Of a stretch of DNA of 64,000 nt, positions 41,275 to 50,979 are shown one piece after another. The DNA is taken from assembly GCA_965197475.1 (NCBI GenBank), contig CBDANF010000003.1:544001-608000 (forward strand), written 5' to 3'. Under the pieces are notes generated by a model. The model worked only from the letters and a program-made list of their open reading frames with translations, was not told the origin of the DNA and made no database searches. This DNA is from Candidatus Poribacteria bacterium (lineage in GTDB: Bacteria > Poribacteria > WGA-4E > WGA-3G). Numbering within the stretch: position 1 is the first letter of the stretch; each line of letters starts with the position of its first letter. A program made the translations under genes and the position numbers.

Positions 41275-42632
41275 ATGAGACATAAAATGTATTGGGGGCT
41301 TGGAGCTCTCATAATCCTGATTATCGGCACAGCCGGTGTGTTGTTCATGCGGCACAATCGCGCTGAAATGGCACGCTTTGAAAAAGCGTTAGCAGATGCC
41401 GATAACCGGCTACAAGAAAGCGATAGTTCACCCCAGCAGCCCGCCCAACGTGGCGTTGGCTCTCCAACGTATAAACCGCCCCCGCTGGGTGAAACAGAAG
41501 ATACAGGTCACTGGGACGGCAACGTGTGGCATCAAACCGCACCCAAACCGAAAAAGAAAAAAGTGTTGGGCTTGTGGTCACGCGAGATGACTCTGCGAGA
41601 TTACTACGCTGCGATGCCTCAGGGAAATCACAACAATAGACAGACAAAGTTTATGGAAAGCGTTGTTCGAAAACAACCCTATTCAGAGGCGGGCTTTGAA
41701 GCGATGTACAATTTAGCATCAATTAACTCACGTTACAGCAGCGCAGATTATATTGAGAACCTAAAGGGAGTGCTGAAATACCATCCGGAGTCGCCACGCG
41801 TACTCTCAAAGTTAGCGTGGTATACTTCTCCATCTGATTCAAAGTTCCCACCTGAAGAGTCAATAGCGTATGCGAAAAAGGCACTTCGTCTGCTTCCCAA
41901 TAGTTCGGAGGATAATACATGGTTTAAGCTATGGCAGTCCCCCGCTGTGAACATTCATGGGGCATTAGGCTTTGCGTATCAGCGGGTAGGCGATTACAAA
42001 GCTGCGTTGGTTCACCTCAAAACGATACAAAGTCTGCTGAACATGCCTACAAAGCGACTTTGAAGCATATAGCTGCAATAGAAGCGGGGAAGCCGCTCAT
42101 AAAACCCGATCCGAAGCCGCAGCCGGATGCTGCCACCGTTTCGTCTCTATTCCCTCCAGTGCCCGAGCCGGTGTCAGCCCCTAAAGATGCGTCAGATTTT
42201 CCTCCCGTGCCTTCTGATCATCCGGGTTTTGACCCTAACAATCCTTCTTTCGTTCCGTCCGATAAATCTGTTCGTTCGAAACAAGCGTCGGCGCAAGCGC
42301 GTGCGGACTTTGCGCGTCATCAGCAGCAAGAGTTTGGTGATTTTCTGCGGTGGATGGAACGGATAGAGCAAGCGAAGTCGCCTGCAGATTTAGAAGATTT
42401 TTTGATGCGTGAGATGGCAAAGCAGCTGCAAGGCGGTCAATCCGAGTTCACACCGGACCGGTTGATCCGTGCGTTTGAAACGGTCAATCGTCATGGTGAA
42501 ACCGCAGGGATGTCACAGCTGCAACAGTTGGATCCCGATATTGCGAAAGCGATGTCGCGTCACCCTCAAAGTAAACGTGTGCCACCGCGCACCGCGCCTG
42601 TGCGTCCGAAAACAGTTCATAACCCGAAATAG
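41275..42632 (+). pseudogene. TPR-like protein B2, frameshifted near 42040
   Basis: ORFs 41275-42063 and 41931-42632 together match B1 end to end. Confidence 0.8.
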
Positions 42633-42646
42633 AAAGGAGATTTCTC

Positions 42647-43084
42647 ATGAGACATAAAATGTATTGGGGGCTTGGAGCTCTCATAATCCTGATTATCGGC
42701 ACAGCCGGTGTGTTGTTCATGCGGCACAATCGCGCTGAAATGGCACGCTTTGAAAAAGCGTTAGCAGATGCCGATAACCGGCTACAAGAAAGCGATAGTT
42801 CACCCCAGCAGCCCGCCCAACGTGGCGTTGGCTCTCCAACGTATAAACCGCCCCCGCTGGGTGAAACAGAAGATACAGGTCACTGGGACGGCAACGTGTG
42901 GCATCAAACCACACCCAAACCGAAAAAGAAAAAAGTGTTTGGCTTGTGGTCACGCGAGATGACTCTGCGAGATTACCGCGCGGCGATGCCCCATGGAAAT
43001 CACGACAATAGACAGACAAAGTTTATGGAAACACCTTGTCCAAGATCAACCACACCACCTTGCCCGCTGGACGCAGCGGAATAA
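42647..43084 (+). pseudogene. B3: 5' copy of B2 fused at GGAAA to an X-type 3' end
   Basis: Near-identical to B2 up to RQTKFME, then TPCPRSTTPPCPLDAAE like the end of gene X. Confidence 0.85.
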
Positions 43085-43119
43085 CAGGGATAAACAATCC
43101 TAATTCGGAGGGTATTTTG

Positions 43120-43968
43120 ATGAAACGCAAACTTTACCGGGGACTCGGTGTCCTCATTATACTACTCATCGGTGTTGGTGCCGTGTTGGTGATCCGGCAC
43201 GAAATGGCGATACACAAGCAACTCAAAGCCAATTTAGATGCAGCGAATAAACTGCTTGAAGAACAGAACAAGCCATCAGAAGTGCCGAATGAAAAAGGGC
43301 ATGTTCACGAAGATGGCACTTTTCACGTAGGCGAACATGGCGATCCGATAGTGGAACAAGACGACCCCACGGGTGAACAAGATGAACCCCTAAAACCACC
43401 ACCATCACGAGACTTTGAACCCGTCCAAATACAGATACCAGAAGGTATAACAGACCCCGATGTGTTAGCAGCGTGGGAACGACTTGACTACATCGCCAAT
43501 AATATTTGGGACTGGGGTGGTGTGCCATCGCAAGAGACAGAAGAACTGATCGCACAACTTATGCCACCGCCAGATGGGTTTTCGGGTCCCAGCGGACACA
43601 GCGATGCCGAAGAGACCATAAATCTACTCGGCAGCTTGGATAGAAACGACCCGCGCTCCGCAGAAGTCATGGCGACTTATTTCTGTGAGAATATTATCGG
43701 GGGACGTGGTCCGATATATGCGTTGGCAGAGATAGGACCCCCAGCCGTGCCACTCCTGATAAATTACCTGTTTTCTACTGATGGAAACGTAGGAAGGGCA
43801 GTTGCCGCTTTAGAAGAAATTAGCGTAAAGCATCGTAAGGAATTAGGGGGTATTGTAGACCACATCATCATTCCAAAATTCGAAGAATATGCGGCAATAG
43901 AAGACCCGCCAGGTAAGATGTATTATCCGAGAAAGTGGGCGCGAGAAGCCCTTGAACTTTTGAAATAA
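43120..43968 (+). CDS. Membrane-anchored protein A2
   Basis: Paralogue of A1 with a divergent patch at ~43670-43885; leader reads LYRG instead of LYWG. Confidence 0.75.
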   Translation: MKRKLYRGLGVLIILLIGVGAVLVIRHEMAIHKQLKANLDAANKLLEEQNKPSEVPNEKGHVHEDGTFHVGEHGDPIVEQDDPTGEQDEPLKPPPSRDFEPVQIQIPEGITDPDVLAAWERLDYIANNIWDWGGVPSQETEELIAQLMPPPDGFSGPSGHSDAEETINLLGSLDRNDPRSAEVMATYFCENIIGGRGPIYALAEIGPPAVPLLINYLFSTDGNVGRAVAALEEISVKHRKELGGIVDHIIIPKFEEYAAIEDPPGKMYYPRKWAREALELLK

Positions 43969-43998
43969 CCGAAATCTATATATGAAAGGAGAAATCCG

Positions 43999-45807
43999 AT
44001 GAAAGTTCGTTATGTTTTCTACATGCTATTACTTGTTATCTGTGTGTTAATTCCGTTTCATTTGAGTTCCACAGTAATATCGTTTCATTCGCAGACACCT
44101 TGTATTCGTATCAAATCGTGGTCTGTCGGACAAAGTTCGGGTTATTATGGTAAAGAGAAACTCGCAATAAACATTGGGTCGTTCATTACGAATTCAGAAC
44201 AGACGTGTTGTGTGCATGTATCGGTGGGTTATTGTGATGACCAACCTTCGCAGACCAACATAATGTATCCGATTACTTCGTTTGGATATGAGTTGTCTAT
44301 GAGTCATGGGTTCGTAGTAGAAAAGGCGGTTTATAGTGTGAGTGGTCCGGATGCTGCGTTGTTTGACCCGGCCACAAGTTTTTCTGTGAGTGCGAAGTTT
44401 AAGGGACCCAAGGATGAGGAGGAGCTTGTCTCATCGTGTAACGGAAATAATGGTCGCGATAACAAACCGATGTGGGTCAAGGTGAAGTTTATTGGCTACT
44501 ACGGGACGGATCTCGATAACCAAAAGTCCGTTTCAGTTTCGGGACAGTGGGTACAAGATACAAAAGACAGGATACGGCAGGAATATGTGGATATGACACC
44601 ACCCGATAGTAGAGCCGAATTGCCGGTGCCTGGCAGATCGTCATTTGTTTCCACAATCTCAACCGACAACGGTGTGGATCGATGGAATACGGGGCATTAT
44701 AGTAGTTTCATGATAGATGATGGATTGAAAGGGAAAAAGGCAGATTGGCTCGCGGAAGTTAATAAAGAACGCAAAAGTAACGGTTTATCCGCGTTTACGG
44801 ATGCTGATTTTCAGGTGAACAGTGCGTATCGCAATCCGTATCATCAGCGTTTTCATGTCGGCAAGGGGGCACTTGCTTCATTTCATAGTCGTCATCCGTT
44901 TGGCGATGCGTTAGATGTTCACACCCCCGATGTAAATGGCAATGGCACAGAAGAGCAAGTCTATAAGAATTATGCTAACAGTGCCGATGGCGTTGCTATG
45001 GAGAATGCTGCCACAGATAAGTCTGTTGGTGCTTTGTGGACAGCTTCTTATCTATACTATGGTACGCACACGCATGCGGATTGGACGCTGCGCGTGAAAG
45101 ATGGCGGGAGTTGGCCTCCGCCGAATGGCACTGTCTATTCTCCACCGTGTAACATAGATGGAACAGCATCAAGTGGTCCGTATGTGACGGGGGCAACAAC
45201 GGGCAATGCAGAAGAGACGAATGAAGGTCAAACGGGACAGGATACCGGTGGTAATGAACAGACCACAGATGCTCCTGCCATCGGCCCCTGTGGACATACC
45301 TATTGGCTAGGTTCATCCTCGGACTACGACCATAGATCAGAAACTTGGGGGTGTGGACATACGATCTATGTTTGTCAATCCAGTTCCCATTCGCTGCAAG
45401 CGAGTTGTTCCGAAACGAATGCGAATGGCGATAGTTGTACGGTGACAAGTTTCTATGCGTGTCAGACGCATACACACGAGTATCCTGCTGCGCCGAGTTT
45501 TGCGCCCAGTTTATCCGTCGGTTCAAGCAGCTATAGTGCGGGGAGTTCTTTGTCTCCGGTTGTCACATCTGATGCGCCTATTTACGGTGCGCATTTGTTT
45601 GTGCGTGCGCCGGGGGATACAAGCACCTATGGCACAAAAATAGGCTGGTTTCCTGGGGGTCGCACGACACAGACATTGACGTTGCCTTACACGTTTGCTG
45701 CTAATGCTGCGAGTGGCAGCTATAAGATCACTGCGCGTGTGTATCCGTGGAATGGTGATGCGTGGGGCGATCCGGATTATTTATCTGACTACGTGTCGGT
45801 TGAGTAG
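43999..45807 (+). CDS. Secreted M15-type peptidase protein P2
   Basis: Identical to P1 except QRAAES>ENAATD, YST>YGT and GSE>GNE. Confidence 0.7.
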   Translation: MKVRYVFYMLLLVICVLIPFHLSSTVISFHSQTPCIRIKSWSVGQSSGYYGKEKLAINIGSFITNSEQTCCVHVSVGYCDDQPSQTNIMYPITSFGYELSMSHGFVVEKAVYSVSGPDAALFDPATSFSVSAKFKGPKDEEELVSSCNGNNGRDNKPMWVKVKFIGYYGTDLDNQKSVSVSGQWVQDTKDRIRQEYVDMTPPDSRAELPVPGRSSFVSTISTDNGVDRWNTGHYSSFMIDDGLKGKKADWLAEVNKERKSNGLSAFTDADFQVNSAYRNPYHQRFHVGKGALASFHSRHPFGDALDVHTPDVNGNGTEEQVYKNYANSADGVAMENAATDKSVGALWTASYLYYGTHTHADWTLRVKDGGSWPPPNGTVYSPPCNIDGTASSGPYVTGATTGNAEETNEGQTGQDTGGNEQTTDAPAIGPCGHTYWLGSSSDYDHRSETWGCGHTIYVCQSSSHSLQASCSETNANGDSCTVTSFYACQTHTHEYPAAPSFAPSLSVGSSSYSAGSSLSPVVTSDAPIYGAHLFVRAPGDTSTYGTKIGWFPGGRTTQTLTLPYTFAANAASGSYKITARVYPWNGDAWGDPDYLSDYVSVE

Positions 45808-45897
45808 TTGTCCTTTAGATTAGAAAGGGGCGTGTCTTGGAACTGACAGGCAGATATTCTTTTGGGTATCTGCCTGTTTTTTGTAAAGGAGCACTTA

Positions 45898-46371
45898 ATG
45901 AAAGTAAAATCCTTCATAACAGGTCTTATCATCCCGTTACTCCTCACTGCTGGTATCATTCTATATCTGCAACATGCACCAAAATTGGCACCCGCAACTG
46001 AAATTCCGCATCAAAAAGATGTAATAGCAAATGTGGAACAACCGAAGGTAAACGCTGTCAATTCCAACACAACTGCAGAAAACCCTGACGCGTTCTATCA
46101 GTTGATTATTGACAACAACATCTTCCGTCCACTCGGTTGGCAACCGCCCAGAAAACAGCCGGACTATACCCTTATCGGCACAACAGTTTCACAGAACGCA
46201 GCAGATTCAAAGGCGTTTATATTGGAGCGGCGTTCAAATCGCATGCATATCGTCAAAGTTGGGGACACCCTTGACGATGCGCGTGTGAAAGAGATTCAAT
46301 CGAAACGTGTCACACTGCATGAAGCAGGAAAAGACATAATCCTGCATGGCGGTAGGCTGCAGTTTTTCTAA
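45898..46371 (+). CDS. GspC/PilP-like protein C2
   Basis: Identical protein to C1. Confidence 0.6.
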   Translation: MKVKSFITGLIIPLLLTAGIILYLQHAPKLAPATEIPHQKDVIANVEQPKVNAVNSNTTAENPDAFYQLIIDNNIFRPLGWQPPRKQPDYTLIGTTVSQNAADSKAFILERRSNRMHIVKVGDTLDDARVKEIQSKRVTLHEAGKDIILHGGRLQFF

Positions 46372-46642
46372 CATCTTTCTCTTCCCACAAGGTTATTTAG
46401 TTTCGCAATAAGTAGTTTTGGACTTGCAACAAACATGTAAAAATCGCTACAAACACAGATGTAGACTACATTTCCACTTGTTTTAATTGTGCAACTATGA
46501 TACAATATAGATAAGAAAGTAGGGGGTTGGTAGCCCCCTAAATGAACACAAAAAGCGAGTTGCTTTTTGACGGTTCTAATCTTATCTGGTATTATATCAG
46601 AAATCCGTCAGAAAAAGCAACTCCTATTTCAAGGAGTATCTG

Positions 46643-47527
46643 ATGGATTTATTGAAGGTAATGGAGCGTTTTCCTGACCAAGAAGCATGTATTGAGCATT
46701 TGGAATATATTCGGTGGCGTGGTGAACCAAGATGTCCGCATTGTGATAGTCTAAACGTTGCGGAACGGACAGAGACGGAATTGGGACGCATCGGACGCTG
46801 GCAATGCCATGATTGCACTGCTACTTTCAAGGTGACGTGTGGCACGGTGTTTCACGGGACAAAGATAGCACTTCAGAAGTGGTTTTTGGCGATCTCGTTG
46901 ATTGTGAATGCGAAGAAGTCGTTATCCAGTTACCAGTTGAGTCGTGATTTAGACTTGAATCAGAAAACTGCATGGTTTATAATGACTCGTATCCGTGCTG
47001 AAATGGCAAAGAAAGGTAGCAACGTGCTATTACAAGGCATCATAGAGGCTGATGAAACTTACATCGGGGGTAAACCTCGCAAGCCGAACAAGAAAGCAGA
47101 TGCGGAGCCTGCCAAGCGTGGTCGTGGCACTGATAAAGACGCAATCATCGGGGCTGTCCAACGCGGTGGGAAAGTTGTAGCACAACTTGCAAGGGATTTG
47201 ACAGGACGGACTATTTTAGACTTTATCCGAAGAGCCGTGAAAGTTCAGGATTCGGAGTTGATGACCGATGAATATAATGCTTATCTCGCACTCGGTAGAG
47301 ATATGAAGCATCATATCATCAATCATCAAGAGCAATTTGTTGACGGTGATGTCCACACAAACACGATTGAGGGGTTTTGGTCGCTTCTCAAACGCGCTTG
47401 GTATGGTTCACATCACCACTATTGGACTGAATATACGCCCCTGTATGTCGCAGAGGCGTGCTACAAGTATAACTATAGGAGCATTGACAGCATCTTTGAT
47501 AAGTTTGTTAATGAGAGTATGAGATGA
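46643..47527 (+). CDS. IS1595 transposase
   Basis: CPHC..CHDC, EADETYIGG, MTDEY, HTNTIEGFWS. Confidence 0.93.
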   Translation: MDLLKVMERFPDQEACIEHLEYIRWRGEPRCPHCDSLNVAERTETELGRIGRWQCHDCTATFKVTCGTVFHGTKIALQKWFLAISLIVNAKKSLSSYQLSRDLDLNQKTAWFIMTRIRAEMAKKGSNVLLQGIIEADETYIGGKPRKPNKKADAEPAKRGRGTDKDAIIGAVQRGGKVVAQLARDLTGRTILDFIRRAVKVQDSELMTDEYNAYLALGRDMKHHIINHQEQFVDGDVHTNTIEGFWSLLKRAWYGSHHHYWTEYTPLYVAEACYKYNYRSIDSIFDKFVNESMR

Positions 47528-47757
47528 GTGAAACTAAAGGTACCCAGGGCGTTTCTTTGCATGATCCGCGGGTTCAGGCGGTGCTTGCAGCACAGATGGC
47601 GGAAGCTCGAATGTCTTTTGATCCGAATTCAAAGCTTCGAGAATATTTTGGAACAATGTATAGCAATCTGACTCGGATTGGAAGATGCCCAAATTGTAGA
47701 GAAAAGTTGATTGGTTCGATCCATGAGCGTCTACATGTTTCAACAGAGTCAGATTGA
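47524..47757 (+). CDS. Hypothetical passenger protein (CPNC motif)
   Basis: ATGA overlap with the transposase stop. Confidence 0.4.
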   Translation: MSETKGTQGVSLHDPRVQAVLAAQMAEARMSFDPNSKLREYFGTMYSNLTRIGRCPNCREKLIGSIHERLHVSTESD

Positions 47758-47917
47758 ACAAGTTTGATTCGTTGTTCTTGATGATCACAATTTCATCATA
47801 AATATTAAGATTTACGGCTAATGGACAAAATCCAGTGATTTGTTCAGGTTTTGGAAATATGATTAACATGATAGTTCCTTTGTGAGTTAGAGGGGACAGG
47901 GGCACCTCGTTGTTGGG

Positions 47918-48154
47918 TTAGTCTGTTTTCTTTCGGTTTACATACCGTTTGATACACCAAGCGGTGAATCTTGCCGACAGAAAAATAATAGGTATGCCGA
48001 CAATTTGGGCTACCAATGCTACTAATGCGTATTCTCGAGCACCGAGAACAGTGACTATAGATCCAATGATAGCGAAAAACAAAAGCCAGTTTTTCAACGT
48101 GTATTTTTGCTTATAGTAAGCAAATACAAGAAGTGGCCACACTAAAAGTACCAT
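47918..48154 (-). CDS. Small hydrophobic passenger membrane protein
   Basis: RBS AAGGG; 2-3 TM segments and a basic tail. Confidence 0.55.
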   Translation of the reverse strand: MVLLVWPLLVFAYYKQKYTLKNWLLFFAIIGSIVTVLGAREYALVALVAQIVGIPIIFLSARFTAWCIKRYVNRKKTD

Positions 48155-48574
48155 GATATTCCCTTATGGTAAGGGTTGTACGTGTTTTGTTTATAGGATC
48201 ACGTTGTTTAACCTTAACGTTGTTCCCGATCTCATTCGGTTTGGTAGGGACTGCCTCAAGCGAGACAGATGAGATTCCCTACCAACAACGTTAGGATAGT
48301 ATAACATGTGGGAGAAAAGAGAGTCAAGTGAAAAATTCAATGGCTTGTTGCAAGTCCAAAACTACTTATTGCGTTTAGTTTTAGACTTTTTGTCCAGTTT
48401 ATCCGAAAAGTCGCGATTCGGAGATCGCTCCTACAGCGGAAAGACCGTTATCAGAAAGTAACAACTACTTGAGAATTGAATGGCTCTGTCCAACCCAGAA
48501 AAAACCTTGAATAATAGAAAAAAATATGCTATAATACTCTCAAACCTGAAATTTGTAAGAAGAGGGAAAGTCAC

Positions 48575-49261
48575 GTGAATTGCGAAATGAGCGAAACACG
48601 CATGCGTATCCTACAACTTTTGAAGATGCGTTCCGGTATGACGGTCAGTCAACTAACTGAAGCACTCCACATCAGTGACATGGGGGTCAGACAACATCTC
48701 ACTATCCTTCAAGAAGAAGGTTTGGTTGAATATCATCAAGAAAAGCATGGACGCGGCCGTCCGCATCATCTCTATACTTTAACTGATGAAGCAAACAGCC
48801 TCTTCCCAACAACCTATGCTAATTTTGCTGTCGGTTTGATGCATGAGGTGGCAAAATTCAACGGCCCCGGATTCATCAATAAAATTTTCCGAAGCCGCAT
48901 GAAATCACAACTTCAGACCTATCAACAGCGACTTAACGGAAAAACTTTGCTTGAACGTATCGTAGAACTTGCACATATTCGCGACGAAGAAGGTTACATG
49001 GCTCGATTTGATGAAAATGACACCGACTACGTTTTAATTGAACACAATTGCCCTATTGCGGCAATCGCTCAGGAATATCCACACGTTTGTGAAATTGAAT
49101 TGGCACTCTTCAGACAATCCTTAGGAACGAAGGTGTATCGAGTAGAACATCTCATGCAGGGCAGCCATAGATGTTGCTACCGCGTTCCCAAAGGCGATTG
49201 CATGAAGCCGGAATTAGAATCCTCGTCAGATGAACAGTCAAGCAAACAAATGGATACCTAA
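48575..49261 (+). CDS. SufR-like HTH transcriptional regulator
   Basis: ILQLLK..VRQHL..GRGRP..Y; EHNCPI..HVCEIE..RCCY Cys ligands. Confidence 0.85.
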   Translation: MNCEMSETRMRILQLLKMRSGMTVSQLTEALHISDMGVRQHLTILQEEGLVEYHQEKHGRGRPHHLYTLTDEANSLFPTTYANFAVGLMHEVAKFNGPGFINKIFRSRMKSQLQTYQQRLNGKTLLERIVELAHIRDEEGYMARFDENDTDYVLIEHNCPIAAIAQEYPHVCEIELALFRQSLGTKVYRVEHLMQGSHRCCYRVPKGDCMKPELESSSDEQSSKQMDT

Positions 49262-49320
49262 AATAGAGCGGTATCCGCACTCATCTCTCAATTACCTAAC
49301 CCAACCTAAAGGTAATTTCA

Positions 49321-49914
49321 ATGTCTGACGAAACAGGAAGGCGGGACTTTTTCAAGGAAGCCTTGAACCAAATCATGAAACCTGTCGCTGAATTTATAGA
49401 CGACAGGATCGGCGATCAATTTCCTATTGATGAGCCGAATCGTGTCATTTTGCGACCACCAGGTGCGCTCCCCGAACCCGAATTCTTGGAAAAATGCCTT
49501 CGGTGCGGCAACTGCGTTAAAAACTGCCCTGCAGATGCTATACAACCGTTACAAAACCAAGACCCTAACCTTACTAACACACCATATATTGATCCCGATG
49601 AGCAACCCTGCGTGATTTGTGATTCGCTGGCATGCATGTATGTCTGCCCAAGCGGTGCGCTACAAACTCTCTTTGCCGAAGATATCAGAATGGGAATCGC
49701 AATCTTTAACGTTGAGACTTGTCTCCGCACAAAATCTGTCGGCTGTTCCTACTGCGTAGATACCTGTCCTATTGGAAAAGATGCGATCAAGTTCTCATCG
49801 GAAGGAATAGTAGAAGTTCTCGATTCAGGATGTACAGGGTGCGGGGTTTGTCAGTACGCATGTCCAACATCTCCAAAATCGATAGTGGTCAAACCTTTGA
49901 CGCTTTCAACATAG
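49321..49914 (+). CDS. NapG/MauM-family 4Fe-4S ferredoxin-type protein
   Basis: RRDFF, LRPPGA, several CxxCxxCxxxCP motifs. Confidence 0.88.
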   Translation: MSDETGRRDFFKEALNQIMKPVAEFIDDRIGDQFPIDEPNRVILRPPGALPEPEFLEKCLRCGNCVKNCPADAIQPLQNQDPNLTNTPYIDPDEQPCVICDSLACMYVCPSGALQTLFAEDIRMGIAIFNVETCLRTKSVGCSYCVDTCPIGKDAIKFSSEGIVEVLDSGCTGCGVCQYACPTSPKSIVVKPLTLST

Positions 49915-49918
49915 CACC

Positions 49919-50458
49919 ATGTCCGTTTTTCCACAATTTCTATTGCAGACACCTTTGAACGCACAAAGTTTACGGGACATCAAACCCCCGTTGGATGTTC
50001 CGCAAAATCTGCTGCCTTATATATTTCTTGGTGGGCTTATAATTGTTGCTATTGGCGGAGCAATATGGATATATCTCCGAAAACGTCATCGGATTGACCA
50101 ACTACCTCCAAACGAGACGGAAATTACACATCCTCCACATCAAATTGCGCTGGAACAGTTGAAAACACTTGAAGCCACATCGTGCGATATGGAAACTTAC
50201 CACACCCGAATTTCTTATATCATTCGTGAATACATAGCAGCGCGCTATCGAATCCCCGCATTAGAGTTAACAACAACCCATCTTCTTCAGCAAATGACAC
50301 GTGAACAGATAGGCGATTTATATGTTGAACGTATTCAGCAATTTCTTGCGAACTGTGATACGGTAAAGTTTGCAATGTGTCAACCTGAACCATCTGAAGC
50401 CGATGCAAGAATGGTAGACGCTCGGTGGTTTGTTGATGTCACAAAATCAACGGCATAA
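49919..50458 (+). CDS. Membrane-anchored protein of the Bat/MoxR-associated type
   Basis: LRDIKPP, TM, PHQIALEQL, IIREYI, ALELTT, DTVKFA. Confidence 0.6.
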   Translation: MSVFPQFLLQTPLNAQSLRDIKPPLDVPQNLLPYIFLGGLIIVAIGGAIWIYLRKRHRIDQLPPNETEITHPPHQIALEQLKTLEATSCDMETYHTRISYIIREYIAARYRIPALELTTTHLLQQMTREQIGDLYVERIQQFLANCDTVKFAMCQPEPSEADARMVDARWFVDVTKSTA

Positions 50459-50595
50459 AAAGCAGCTTCATGTTGAAAATAGAAACCATATTTAGAGACT
50501 CTGTACTGGGATTTCTTCAGTCCCGTTGAATGTCAAATGTGCATTTGTCGTTGATTCGCGCCTGGAAGGTTTGTAGAAACGTGACAACTAACCCT

Positions 50596-50692
50596 CTTAT
50601 ACCAAATTAACTTGATCCCACTCGGTAGGCGCGCTTTGTCCGCGTGCTGTCTACCAAGAAAAATAAGACTAATCCCGTTAATTTGGTATTAG
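50596..50692. repeat. MITE family M1, copy 2 (inverted)
   Basis: TACCAAATTAAC...GTTAATTTGGTA with GTAGGCGCGCTTTGTCCGCG core. Confidence 0.85.
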
Positions 50693-50979
50693 CCCTAAAA
50701 AGGCGGCAGGGAATAGTGATCTTTGACAAAACACACCCTATGGCACTTGTCGTGTGGCATTTGTCGGGTCGCTCCTACAGAAGATGTGTTGCTGTCAACA
50801 AAGGTATCCGAGATATAAACAATTTTATCCACAATTTGAAAGTAGACAAAGCACTACAGAGAATTGAAAGGTTCTGGTTAAGTATAAAAAAATTGACATG
50901 TAACATAGTCTATGATATGGTATTAAAAATTATTTTGCGTATAAAATAGAATTTACTAATATAGTGTGAGGACACCTAA

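Larger units (their letters stand above)
46404..48373 (+). mobile_element. IS1595-family element (type A) with passenger DNA
   Basis: 29-bp TIR CGCAATAAGTAGTTTTGGACTTGCAACAA; 8-bp target duplication TTTAGTTT; empty site visible in copy 1 at ~39464. Confidence 0.95.
43027..48754 (+). repeat. Copy 2 of the direct repeat, containing IS1595
   Basis: See 36101-39844. Confidence 0.95.

Noticed and set aside
36740-45070. Diversity-generating retroelement explaining the variable patches
   Set aside because: Differences include synonymous and non-adenine changes and indels, and no reverse transcriptase is in the window.
36101-46371. Integron cassette array or prophage
   Set aside because: No integrase, attC-like sites or phage structural genes were seen.
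50644-50949. 101-aa ORF before mutS, and ORFs 53681-54013 and 34947-35303
   Set aside because: They run across MITE/REP and promoter DNA and are probably spurious.
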